Of a DNA stretch of 64,000 nucleotides, positions 53,519 through 64,000 are shown piece after piece. Source of the DNA: Eledone cirrhosa (lineage: Eukaryota); assembly GCA_964016885.1 (NCBI GenBank), contig OZ024746.1:77624001-77688000 (forward strand), written 5' to 3'. Numbering within the stretch: position 1 is the stretch's first letter; each line of letters begins with the position of its first letter. The notes beneath the pieces were generated by a model. That model searched no databases, had not been told where the DNA came from, and saw only the letters and a list, made by a program, of their open reading frames with translations. Made by a program: the position numbers and the translations under genes.

Positions 53519-56336
53519 TCATGCGCTCTCTCCCTCTCTTTCTCTCTCTCTCTCTCTCTTGGCGTGTTTGTCTTTCTGACATTTGCCTTGGCTTTCTACT
53601 TTGGCATTGGTTCTGGCTATGCTGGTGGTGGTGTTGGTGTTGGTTATCGTGGTTCTGGAAATGGCGGTGTTGGTGTTTGATATAGTGGTGTTGGTGTTGG
53701 CTATGGTGATGTTGGTGTTTGATATAGTGGTGTTGGTGTTTGATATAGTGGTGTTGGTGTTGGCTATGGTGGTGTTGGTGTTTGATATAGTGGTGTTGGT
53801 GTTTGATATAGTGGTGTTGGTGTTGGCTATGGTGATGTTGGTGTTTGATATAGTGGTGTTGGTGTTTGATATAGTGGTGTTGGTGTTGGCTATGGTGATG
53901 TTGGTGTTTGATATAGTGGTGTTGGTGTTTGATATAGTGGTGTTGGTGTTGGCTATGGTGATGTTGGTGTTTGATATAGTGGTGTTGGTGTTTGATATAG
54001 TGGTGTTGGTGTTGGCTATGGTGATGTTGGTGTTTGATATAGTGGTGTTGGTGTTTGATATAGTGGTGTTGGTGTTGGCTATGGTGATGTTGGTGTTTGA
54101 TATAGTGGTGTTGGTGTTTGATATAGTGGTGTTGGTGTTGGCTATGGTGATGTTGGTGTTTGATATAGTGGTGTTGGTGTTGGCTATGGTGATGTTGGTG
54201 TTTGATATAGTGGTGTTGGTGTTTGATATAGTGGTGTTGGTGTTGGCTATGGTGATGTTGGTGTTGGCTATGGTGATGTTGGTGTTTGATATAGTGGTGT
54301 TGGTGTTTGATATAGTGGTGTTGGTGTTGGCTATGGTGATGTTGGTGTTGGCTATGGTGGTGTTGGTGTTGGTGTTGGCTATGGTGATGTTGGTGTTGGC
54401 TATGGTGATGTTGGTGTTTGATATAGTGGTGTTGGTGTTTGATATAGTGGTGTTGGTGTTGGCTATGGTGATGTTGGTGTTGGATATAGTGGTGTTGGTG
54501 TTGGATATAGTGGTGTTGGTGTTGGTGTTGGCTATGGTGGTTCTAGCTATGGTGGTGTTTGCTACGGTGGTGTTGGCTATGGTGGTGTTGGCTATGGTGG
54601 TGTTGGCTATGGTGGTGTTGGCTATGGTGGTGTTGGTGTTTGGTATGGTGGTGTTGGTGTTGGATACAGTGGTGGTGATGTTGGTGTTGGCTATGGTGGT
54701 TCTAGCTATGGTGGTGTTGGCTATGGTGGTGTTGGCTATGGTGGTGTTGGCTATGGTGGTGTTTGCTATGGTGGTGTTGGCTATGGTGGTGTTGGCTATG
54801 GTGGTGTTGGCTATGGTGGTGTTGGCTATGGTGGTGTTGGCTACGGTGGTGTTGGCTGTGGTGGTGTTGGCTATGGTGGTGTTGACTATGGTGGTGTTGG
54901 CTATGGTGGTGTTGGCTATGGTGGTGTTGGCTATGGTGGTGTTTGCTATGGTGGTGTTGGCTATGGTGGTGTTTGCTATGGTGGTGTTGGCCATGGTGGT
55001 GTTGGCTATGGTGGTGTTTGCTATGGTGGTGTTGGCTATGGTGGTGTTTGCTATGGTGGTGTTGGCTATGGTGGTGTTGGCTATGGTGGTGTTGGCTATG
55101 GTGGTGTTTGCTATGGTGGTGTTTGCTACGGTGGTGTTGGCTATGGTGGTGTTGACTATGGTGGTGTTGGCTATGGTGGTGTTGGCTATGGTGGTGTTGG
55201 CTATGGTGGTGTTTGCTATGGTGGTGTTGGCTATGGTGGTGTTTGCTATGGTGGTGTTTGCTATGGTGGTGTTGGCTATGGTGGTGTTGGCTATGGTGGT
55301 GTTGGCTATGGTGGTGTTTGCTATGGTGGTGTTTGCTATGGTGGTGTTGGCTATGGTGGTGTTTGCTATGGTGGTGTTTGCTATGGTGGTGTTTGCTACG
55401 GTGGTGTTGGCTATGGTGGTGTTGACTATGGTGGTGTTGGCTATGGTGGTGTTGGCTATGGTGGTGTTTGCTATGGTGGTGTTTGCTATGGTGGTGTTGG
55501 CTATGGTGGTGTTTGCTATGGTGGTGTTTGCTATGGTGGTGTTGGCTATGGTGGTGTTTGCTATGGTGGTGTAGGCTATGGTGGTGTTGGCTACGGTGGT
55601 GTTGGCTGTGGTGGTGTTGGCTATGGTGGTGTTGGCTATGGTGGTGTTGGCTATGGTGGTGTTGGCCATGGTGGTGTTTGCTACGGTGGTGTTGGCTATG
55701 GTGGTGTTGGCCATGGTGGTGTTGGCTATGGTGGTGTTGGCCATGGTGGTGTTTGCTACGGTGGTGTTGGCTATGGTGGTGTTGGCTATGGTGGTGTTTG
55801 CTACGGTGGTGTTGGCTATGGTGGTGTTGGCTACGGTGGTGTTGGCTATGGTGGTGTTGGCTATGGTGGTGTTGGCTATGGTGGTGTTGGCCATGGTGGT
55901 GTTTGCTACGGTGGTGTTGGCTATGGTGGTGTTGGCTATGGTGGTGTTGGCTATGGTGGTGTTGGCTATGGTGGTGTTGGCTATGGTGGTGTTGGCTATG
56001 GTGGTGTTTGCTACGGTGGTGTTGGCTATGGTGGTGTTGGCTACGGTGGTGTTGGCTATGGTGGTGTTGGCTATGGTGGTGTTGGCTATGGTGGTGTTGG
56101 CCATGGTGGTGTTTGCTACGGTGGTGTTGGCTATGGTGGTGTTGGCCATGGTGGTGTTGGCCATGGTGGTGTTTGCTACGGTGGTGTTTGCTACGGTGGT
56201 GTTAATGGTGTTGATGTTGGTGGTGTTAGTGTCGGTGTTGCATATGGTGTTGGCTACAGTGACACTTGTGTTGGCCCCTTGACTATGGTGTAGGCAATTG
56301 TTGTCACTAACTTTTACAATATCTCTTGCAAAACAG

Positions 56337-56377
<41 letters not shown>

Positions 56378-56388
56378 CACTACTACTG

Positions 56389-56392
<4 letters not shown>
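53519..56392 (-). CDS. Hypothetical 957-aa (ANTT[IVM])n/(SNTNTTI)n repeat ORF; coding status unproven
   Basis: Stop-free across the array, and the two commonest variants are synonymous in this frame. However the N-terminus is a (GTA)n microsatellite and there is no signal peptide or strong splice site. Confidence 0.2.
53670..54526. repeat. 21-bp minisatellite with a 63-bp higher-order unit (A-B-B)
   Basis: A = ggctatggtgatgttggtgtt and B = tgatatagtggtgttggtgtt; ABB is repeated about 7 times, then becomes irregular. Confidence 0.95.
54527..56205. repeat. 15-bp minisatellite (ggtggtgttggctat), about 110 units
   Basis: Variants tgc/gac at the ggc position and tac/cat/tgt at the tat position; unit length is almost invariant. 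Confidence 0.95.
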
Positions 56393-56427
<35 letters not shown>

Positions 56428-56446
56428 GTAGTAGTAGTAGTAGTAG
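56337..56446. repeat. (CTA)n switching to its complement (TAG)n
   Basis: ..ctactactagtagtagtag.. foldback junction near 56427. Confidence 0.9.
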
Positions 56447-56706
56447 ATATTTAGTTGTTGGTTGTTAATCAGTTGTGTCAGTACAGTGTGTATTTGTGTT
56501 TCCAGAAATGTTTAAGTGCATTTTAAACAAGATTATAATGTTGTTTATACATAGACAGATGTGCACATAAGTGTGTGTGTGTGTGTGTGTATGTATATAT
56601 ATATATATGAAGATAGACGTTAATCGATGACAATGATGATGATGATGATGTGTGTGTGTATATATATAAATGTGTTATATATTGTGTGTGTGTGTGTGTG
56701 TGTGTG

Positions 56707-56748
<42 letters not shown>

Positions 56749-57257
56749 TACAAACATCATCATTATTTAACACATTTGTTTCCCCTGCTAGATATATGTA
56801 TGTGCATATGTATGTATGCATGTGTATATGTGTTTGTTTGTTTGTGTGTGTGTATGTATATATATGTGTGTGTATGTATCACCGTTTTTGATGATCTACT
56901 CTCCTTTCCTCCAACACACAGTTAGACCTAATTCGTTGCCAGAAGTTGTTTTAAGTATGCTATGTTAAACTGTAATCCTGTTCACTGAGATTTCTCCAGT
57001 CAATATGAGTGACAGGGCATTGCTGTTTATTCCCATTTCATATCTATAGAAGATAGATCTAACTGATCAATTGGATTGACCAACGGCAAAGTGGCAGGGA
57101 ATCAGAATGGCACGGAAGCTTCTATGTTGAATATACTTCTGTTATAAATTCATTATATATAGATACACAATATCTTCGAAGGAGGTCTTCAACAAATAAA
57201 TGTATACATCTGCCTTTTCAGTGTAAATATATCATCATCATCATCATCATTATTATT

Positions 57258-57612
57258 GGGTTGGCTGTATCAGTAGAGCACCAGACACTATGCTTTGCAG
57301 CATAGTTATGGCCCTTTACGTTCTGAGTTCAAATCTCACTGAGGTTAACTTTGCCTTTCATCCTTACCGGGTCGATAAAATAAAGTACCAGTAATGTATT
57401 GGGGGAAATTGCTGGCCTTGTGCCTGAAGTAGAAACGTTTATTATGTAAAATTTCAACACTTAACGTTTTCAGTTCATATCCCACTGAGTTTAGCTTTGC
57501 CTTTCATCATTACAGGGGCAATAAAATAAAGCACCAGCACTCTTAGGGTTGATTTAATTGACTTTCCTCTTCCCTTCAAATTGCTGGCCTTGTGCCTAAA
57601 TCAGAAACCATT
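57258..57612 (+). mobile_element. Two tandem family A SINEs
   Basis: Core and tail motifs occur twice. Confidence 0.85.
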
Positions 57613-58059
57613 ATTATTATGTTTGGATTTTACTTTGTGTTTGTACTAACTGACACTGTCTCTCTGAGAAACCTCAAGAGACAAAATCTTATGAGTTCAA
57701 GTGGGTATTACAACTAGGACTCTTGATAACTACCATGTTTTGTGGAAGAATGTAGTTTAGTGTTGAGGACTTGTTTTAATTCTATGCTTTGGGTTCCTAG
57801 GAAGTATTATTGCAGAAAATGTCTGTCAAAGCAGAAGAAAATTATATGTTTGTTTAAAAGTAGTTGTTTGGTGATAAAATGATAGTATGATAATAAAATG
57901 ATGGTAAAGGATATTTGCTAGTATGTACATTTAAAAGTACTTTTGATATGGTGAAAAAAAAACAGTTAAATATAGGACTGGAAATTCTTATAATGATAAT
58001 ATATACTCTCTACTTTTCTTAAATATAGAGTAGTAAGTTGAATAATGGTTTTACTCATC

Positions 58060-58286
58060 TTAACCCTTTACCATACATTACTCTATATACACTATTGTAT
58101 TTTCATGGTAAAAGCTTTATCTTGCATAATTATCTCACATAATATTGAATCTGAAAGATTTTGATGTTATTTATTTTGAGAAAAATAATTTAACGTCAGT
58201 ATGAGTGGCCAGTTACAGTTAGTTTGAACAGAAAAAGGTGAGAGAATTCTAGCCGGATACGGCTGGTTTAATGGCTAAAGGGTTAA
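58060..58286 (-). mobile_element. piggyBac-like MITE family 1
   Basis: TTAA-cccttta ... ctaaaggg-TTAA; the interior is the reverse complement of 48717-48946. Confidence 0.88.
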
Positions 58287-58294
58287 ATAGTAAC

Positions 58295-58550
58295 ATTTCA
58301 TACAAAACGCCAGCACCAGTTTTGCAAGAGATGTCAACATGAATGGACCTATTATTTTTATCTAAAGACATTTTTTCCAATTCCAGCCCGCCCATCCCCT
58401 TAATCTATTTTATTTCTCATTCTTTCTTCTGAAGAAGGACTAGCGTCCGAAACGTTAAGATCCTCTTCCTGCTATATCAAGCGTTAACCTAATATATACT
58501 TTCCATATACTGTACTGATTGTGTTGTTATTTCTGTTTACCTTTTACATA
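58295..58550 (+). mobile_element. Penelope-like pLTR remnant
   Basis: RCQHEWTYYFYLKTFFP (from 58329) resembles the R..RE...I..L.T..P.GLN end of PLE GIY-YIG ORFs; it is followed by a minimal hammerhead; the tail gattgtgttgttatttctgtttacctttt also occurs near 2603. Confidence 0.65.
58425..58460 (+). ncRNA. Minimal type I hammerhead ribozyme
   Basis: tctt-CTGAAGA-a-ggac tagc gtcc-GAAA-cg-TT-aaga: stem I tctt/aaga, 4-bp stem II, palindromic stem III acgt, GUU triplet. Confidence 0.82.
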
Positions 58551-58554
58551 CACT

Positions 58555-58610
<56 letters not shown>

Positions 58611-58659
58611 CAAAAACATTAGCATAATAAACATGCTTGCATGTCAGATTTTAATAGTT

Positions 58660-58860
58660 GTGTTGCGGAAGGATGAAAATAACTGGATGAGAGGAATGAT
58701 GGAAACTAATGTGGAAAGAAGTAGGCAAAGAGGAAGTCCAAGAAAGTCACGGCTAAGGATGATAGAGGATGAAATAAAAAGCAGGGTGTTGGTGGGAGGG
58801 GGTTGCAGACAATAGGGCCAAATGGAGAAGACTGTGATGGTGCTCATTGCAATGCTAACC
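58660..58860 (+). mobile_element. Highly degenerate RTE 3' end
   Basis: VLRKDENNWMRGMMETNVERSRQRGSPRKSRLRMIEDEI. Confidence 0.65.
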
Positions 58861-59414
58861 TTGACTTTAGCAAAGAATATGACCTTAAAACGCTTGTTCC
58901 TGTTGCTATAATCATTAAACTTAACATTACTCCATAAATAGATACAGTTAGTGGCAAAACAAGAACAACAAGAGAATGAAACGGAAAATAGTAATATTTC
59001 GCTACTATTGTTTTCACTTTTATAATTATATTCAATATAAAGTTGACAGAGTTTGTGTTTGCTTGTTATGTTTCATATTATGAATGCAATTGTATTGATC
59101 AATATTTGTCTTTTGTTTCCTAAATACAGAAACATATGTCAGCGAGATGTGGACTTTGGCCCATCTGAAGGGTTAGAGGCTTTGACAAAGTACTCGCTTC
59201 GTCTGTGTTGACCTATCCAGCTCTTGCTAGCTGGGAAAATGGATGTTAAAAATGATAATGATGAATTCTCCATGTGTGTGATTATTCTGTTACTAGTTTC
59301 AATCATTAAACTGCTGTGGTACAACTTTAAATGGATAAACATATTTTAGTTGATTATATCAACCCCAGTACATATTTTTAAAGTTTGATACTTATTTTAT
59401 CATGCCTATAGTTA

Positions 59415-59630
59415 TTAACCCTTTAGCTTTTAAACTGGCTGTATCCGGCCAGAATTTTCTCACCGCTTTCTGTTCAAACCGTTTGTAGCTGGCCACTCAT
59501 ACTGACGCTAAGATATTGTTCTCAAAATAAATAATATAAAAATCTCATAGATTCGATATTATGTAAGTTAAAGACTTTACCATGAAAATATGATAGTATA
59601 TATAGAATAATGTAAATGCTAAAGGGTTAA
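59415..59630 (+). mobile_element. piggyBac-like MITE family 1
   Basis: TTAA-ccctttagc ... gctaaaggg-TTAA; a paralogous empty site lies near 58915. Confidence 0.92.
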
Positions 59631-59833
59631 ACTAAACATTACTCCACAAGTATATTTTGTTCGGAGAAAACAAGAACAACACAACAGACCAGAAAATAAT
59701 AGTATTTTACAATTATTGTTTCCACTCAGTTAATTTAATATAAAGTTGACAAAGACTGTGTTTGCTTGTGCATAGTTTTCTACACATTATGTTTCGTCAT
59801 ATGAATGCAGTTGTATTAATCAATTTTATCCTC

Positions 59834-59880
<47 letters not shown>

Positions 59881-60763
59881 CCTTTTGCTTTCTTAATCTG
59901 CCCCTCTGTCTGTGCTAGCGTGTATGTGTGTTTGTGTATGTTTAAATGCAATCAGATGTATACACTCACATATGCACACATACATACATTACACACTGTA
60001 ATTATTGCTAATTGCATAGTATTTTCTACCTGCTAATAAAAAGCTATTTAATTTCCATTTAATGCTAATGTGTGAAAGATAATTTACCTTATTAGCCCAT
60101 TCATGTGAAGCAGTCCTATTGAAATGGTCTCCCTGTCTTTCTCACCCTCCTTTCTATCTCCTATCTGTCTTTATCTTTGTCTCTCTTTCCCCTTTATCTC
60201 TCTATCTCTGTTTCTCTATATTTCTCTATCCTCTCTCTGTCTCTCTTTATCTCTCTCCCTTTTTCTCTCTCACTCGCGTACACATTCAGTAATACCCTTG
60301 CTGTCTGTTCATCCTCTATTACGTTCTCTCTATTTTCTGAACATGATGTTCATTTAAAACATGTTAAATTGCTGTGTTTAGATTGAAGAAGAAAACACTG
60401 AAAATACCCCCCTCTTGGCTAACTTGTTAATATATCAGCCAGTGCTTGTTGCTTTATTACAACATAACTTGATTATTATTGGTCTTGTTTGAATGGTATA
60501 ATTTGCAATACTATGATAGGTAAATACATGTTAAGCCACTTGAAATTAATTTCCTAACGAATTGCACATCTCATAATTATAATTAATTCCAACAAGAATT
60601 TAAAAAATTAAAAAACAGGAACAAAGGAAATACAAAAAAATTTACAATAATCTCATAAAATATATATATTAAAAAAAATATTTTCATACTTTTAAAAACA
60701 TTTTTTTTGAAAATAAACAACACTGATATTTAATACAAATTGAATATTTTTATTTGTACATTC

Positions 60764-61068
60764 TGGAGGCACATGGCTTAGTGGTTAGAGCATTGGCCTT
60801 GCAATCGAAAGGTTGTGAGTTCAATTCTCAGACCGGGTGATGTGTTGTTTCCTTGAGCAAGACACTTTATTTCACATTGCTCCAGTTTACTCAGCCACTG
60901 CAAAGTGGTCGTGGAGGTGCCACGGCAAAAAAGCACCCAGCACTCACTGTAAATGAGGTTGGTGTTAGGAAGGGCATCCAGCTGTAGAAATCAAGCCAGA
61001 ATCAGTTCCCGTCCCACCCTTGCAAGCAGGGAAAAGTGGACGTAAAATGAAATGATGATGAATGATGA
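60764..61068 (+). mobile_element. Family B SINE with an internal deletion
   Basis: Otherwise near-identical to 18704-19048; lacks the tgtagaaatgagatgatagg..catt segment. Confidence 0.92.
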
Positions 61069-61214
61069 TTCTCTGTTATTTTTGTTGTTGTGTATCTCCA
61101 CATCAGCCATGGCTGAGCTGCACATTCACCATTAAAGCCATTCCAGTTGTCTTTTCATATATCTAAGACTATATTGCTCAATATATGCTTCTTTATTTTT
61201 AGATCGTATAGTGT

Positions 61215-61545
61215 GAATACATGTGATCTAGTGTGTAGAATGTTGAACTCCTGGTCATAAAGTCATGGGTTTGATTCCTAGACAAAGTGGCGTGTTGTGT
61301 TCTTGAGCAAGACACTCCACTTTATGTTGCTTTTCATGATAGGATTGGGGTCCCTACGAGCAAGACACTTCATTTTATGTTGCTTTTCATGATGGGTGTG
61401 GGGTCCCTACCATTAAACCACTTGAGAAACTTCGTCAGCTAAGCATGAATAGGGATGAGCTATAAACCCCCCCCCCCCCCCCATTTTGTGGTAGGTTGTG
61501 ACTGAAGGACCTTTGGCACCTATGAGTGACCATCATAGAAGTTTT
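61215..61545 (+). mobile_element. Old tRNA-headed SINE with an internal tandem duplication
   Basis: gagcaagacact..ttatgttgcttttcatgat..ggggtccctac occurs twice. Confidence 0.6.
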
Positions 61546-61574
61546 CTCAGGTTATACATACATACATATATATA

Positions 61575-61617
<43 letters not shown>

Positions 61618-61627
61618 ATGTATATAT

Positions 61628-62048
61628 ATCATCATCATCATCATCGTTTAACGTCTATCTTCCACGCTAGCATGGGTTTAGACGGGAATTATCCCACTTG
61701 AGGCAAGAATGGTTGTCTCGCTCGTATAGGACTATCTGGCAGGTTTTCTATGGCTGGATGCCCTTCCTAACACCAACCACGTTTACAGTGTGGACTGGGA
61801 GGTTTTTACCGTGTTACCTACACGGCCACATTACAGCGTGGACTGTGTGTTTTTTTGTCTTGACACCTACACAACCTCATTTATTTAGGACTGGATGTTG
61901 TGGCACCAACATAACTTTACAGAGAAAGGGGTGGTGTAGGTGGGGGTAGGGATGGGGATGTATTTTTGGTTAAGAGGTGCCTACTGACTAGGTTTCACTT
62001 TGTACTTAGGCAAGGCGGGTCTTCTGTATTACTGCGTAGCGCCAAAGA
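61628..62048 (-). mobile_element. Long-UTR RTE 3' end (sister of 40635-41195)
   Basis: Colinear with about 40635-41070. Confidence 0.88.
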
Positions 62049-63162
62049 TATATGTATATCACTTAGTCTGTGCTCATTTCAGGCTTAACTATTAAACCAT
62101 GTGCCGTCACATATATATAACTGTATTTTCCACTGGGTTGCACTGTTTTTTCCTCATAAAGTATGCCTGGAAAATTTACCCTTTCTTTTGGAGGTCAACG
62201 GTTACATTAGGTAAACATTTTTTGTTAGATTTTTGTTGTTGTTGTTGTTGTTGTTTCAAAAGTTAGGTACTGAAATGGGGAGGTGTGTCTTTGACATTGG
62301 AGCGTTATCGATGCCAGGAAATACAGTGATGACTCACACATACATGCACCCATGCACAAGCAAGTAAACAAACACATACACGCACGTGTGACCACATACA
62401 CAAGCAAACAAACTTATACGCACATACACAAACACTGAAACAAATACACACACACACAAACATACACACATAGTGTAATAATTTTATGAGTGTCTGTGAC
62501 ATGTGACATATTCATTGCAGTGGTTGATGTTTGCCATATCAGGTCACTTTACAGTTAATGGGTGCAGCCCTCTTTTTGATTTATTTGGGTCCCAGTTGAA
62601 AAGTAAAGAAATCTAGGGTTTCAAAGACAGGTAAATAATGGCAGGGCTGCATGTCAGTGTTGAAATGTCACAAAACCATTTGCTTTTTGATGCCCAGTGC
62701 ATATTTGTTTTTTTTTAGATATGTGTCTGTGTGTTTATATATATATATATATATGTGTGTTGTGTGTGTGTGATACACACATGCACATATATAAAACCTG
62801 CTGCTTAATTATTTTTTACAAGGTACTTTTTGACAGTTCAGCTCTTTGAAGAGTTTGGGTGTACACTCATACACACATACACACATACACACACTGCTTC
62901 TCATACATACTAACACTATCTCATACACATACATACTGAAAACAGTCAGTTACTTATGCGCACCTATCTTTACACTCTTAATGTTACCTACTTTAGCCAA
63001 TTTTTTAAACCCCTTTGTTAGGTTTTATTTATTTATTTGCTTTGCTCTTTTCCTGTCTCATTTCATGTTGTGTACGATGTATACCTGCCATCTAATGTCT
63101 TTCTCTTACATAAGCTATGGCTAGTTGTGCTAAATTTTGTGGTTTGAAGGACACATTAGCTC

Positions 63163-63391
63163 TTAACTCTTTAGCATTTAAACCGGCCATATCCAGCCAG
63201 AATTCTCTCACCTATTTCTGTTCAAACTGGCCATAACCAACTACTCATACGTATGTTAAGGTATTGTTCTCAAAATAAATAATATCAAAATCTCACAGAT
63301 TCAATATTACATGAGATAATTATGTGAAATAAAGCTTTTACCGTGAAAATACAATAGTAAATATAGAGTAATGTAGATGCTAAAGGGTTAA
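63163..63391 (+). mobile_element. piggyBac-like MITE family 1
   Basis: TTAA-ctctttagcattta ... gatgctaaaggg-TTAA. Confidence 0.9.
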
Positions 63392-63495
63392 CATGGTGTA
63401 ATCTACAAAATGTGTTTGTTCATTTAAATGTTGATAGTATTTGTTAATAGTGGACAGATTGTTGTGAAAATTTTCGATATTAAAAACTTCAATTT

Positions 63496-63706
63496 TTAAC
63501 ACTTTTGATACTAACCCACCTAAAACTACCCTAGGTTCTATGATTCTATGTAAGAACTTCTGTTATGTTCCAAACATCAACTTGATATTGGTAAATATCT
63601 AAATGGATAATATCTTTAAATCTCTCTAAATTCTTGATTATTTACAAAATTATTTGAAAACCATAGATAGTGTCTTTCATTAGAAATATGGTTATGAAAG
63701 GGTTAA
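63496..63706 (-). mobile_element. TTAA MITE family 2
   Basis: TTAA-cacttttgatac ... atatggttatgaaaggg-TTAA. Confidence 0.7.
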
Positions 63707-64000
63707 ACCATTTCTTGTGTTCAATATGGCAGTTACTTGATTGTTGGATATTTCTTCTGAAGGATCAAGGTTTATTTTTATCCCTTTTGATAACAAACTA
63801 CCTGAAACCACCCTTGGTTTTTCATCACAAAGATGTTTTCTTTTTAATTTTATATATTTATCTAACAAACTTTCATCATAATTTTATGTAAGAACTTTAT
63901 TAAATTATGTTCCCAGCACCAGATAAATAATGATAAAGCTAGTTATTTTACTCAATCCCTCTGAATTCTTAAGACAAACAAATACTGGGGATTGTCCAGC

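Larger units (their letters stand above)
53486..56293 (+). other. Gly/Val/Tyr/Cys-rich reading frame (GGVGY/GGVCY) with 22 in-frame TGA codons; coding status unproven
   Basis: A hydrophobic stretch LGVFVFLTFALAFYF precedes GIGSGYAGGGVGVGY; TGAs lie between 53678 and 54442; the frame is then open for 616 codons to TAG at 56291-93. Confidence 0.25.

Noticed and set aside
59110-59262. Possible exon after ttcctaaatacag
   Set aside because: It runs into an RTE-type tail with (GAT)n, so it is more likely a LINE remnant.
60764-60840. tRNA genes at SINE heads (also 13610-13682 and 18975-19048)
   Set aside because: A and B boxes are present, but the sequence continues into a SINE body and I could not form a proper acceptor stem.

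Overview
AT-rich, microsatellite-dense animal DNA with no recognisable conserved protein-coding gene, consistent with intronic or intergenic sequence. The repeat content (tRNA-headed SINEs with (TAA)n or (GAT)n tails, RTE LINE 3' ends, very long (TA)n arrays and a mollusc-type 5S rRNA copy) suggests a coleoid cephalopod, probably Octopus; this is an inference. Almost all ORFs in the track are translations of microsatellites. Supported features: many SINE copies, fragments of RTE, CR1/L2-like and L1/Tx1-like LINEs, TTAA-flanked piggyBac-like MITEs, one Tc1/mariner-like and one hAT-like MITE, and a diverged 5S rRNA copy. Two signals stand out. (1) Six type I hammerhead ribozyme cores from four unrelated sequence contexts. 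Four of them sit as outward-facing pairs in near-perfect foldback elements (7532-8300, 28067-28368), which is typical of Penelope-like pLTRs. (2) A 2.6-kb hierarchical 21/63-bp plus 15-bp tandem array (about 53.6-56.3 kb). It reads as Gly/Val/Tyr/Cys-rich repeats with 22 in-frame TGA codons on the + strand, and as a stop-free N-glycosylation-sequon repeat on the - strand. All structures and alignments were done by eye; no folding, database search or expression data were available.
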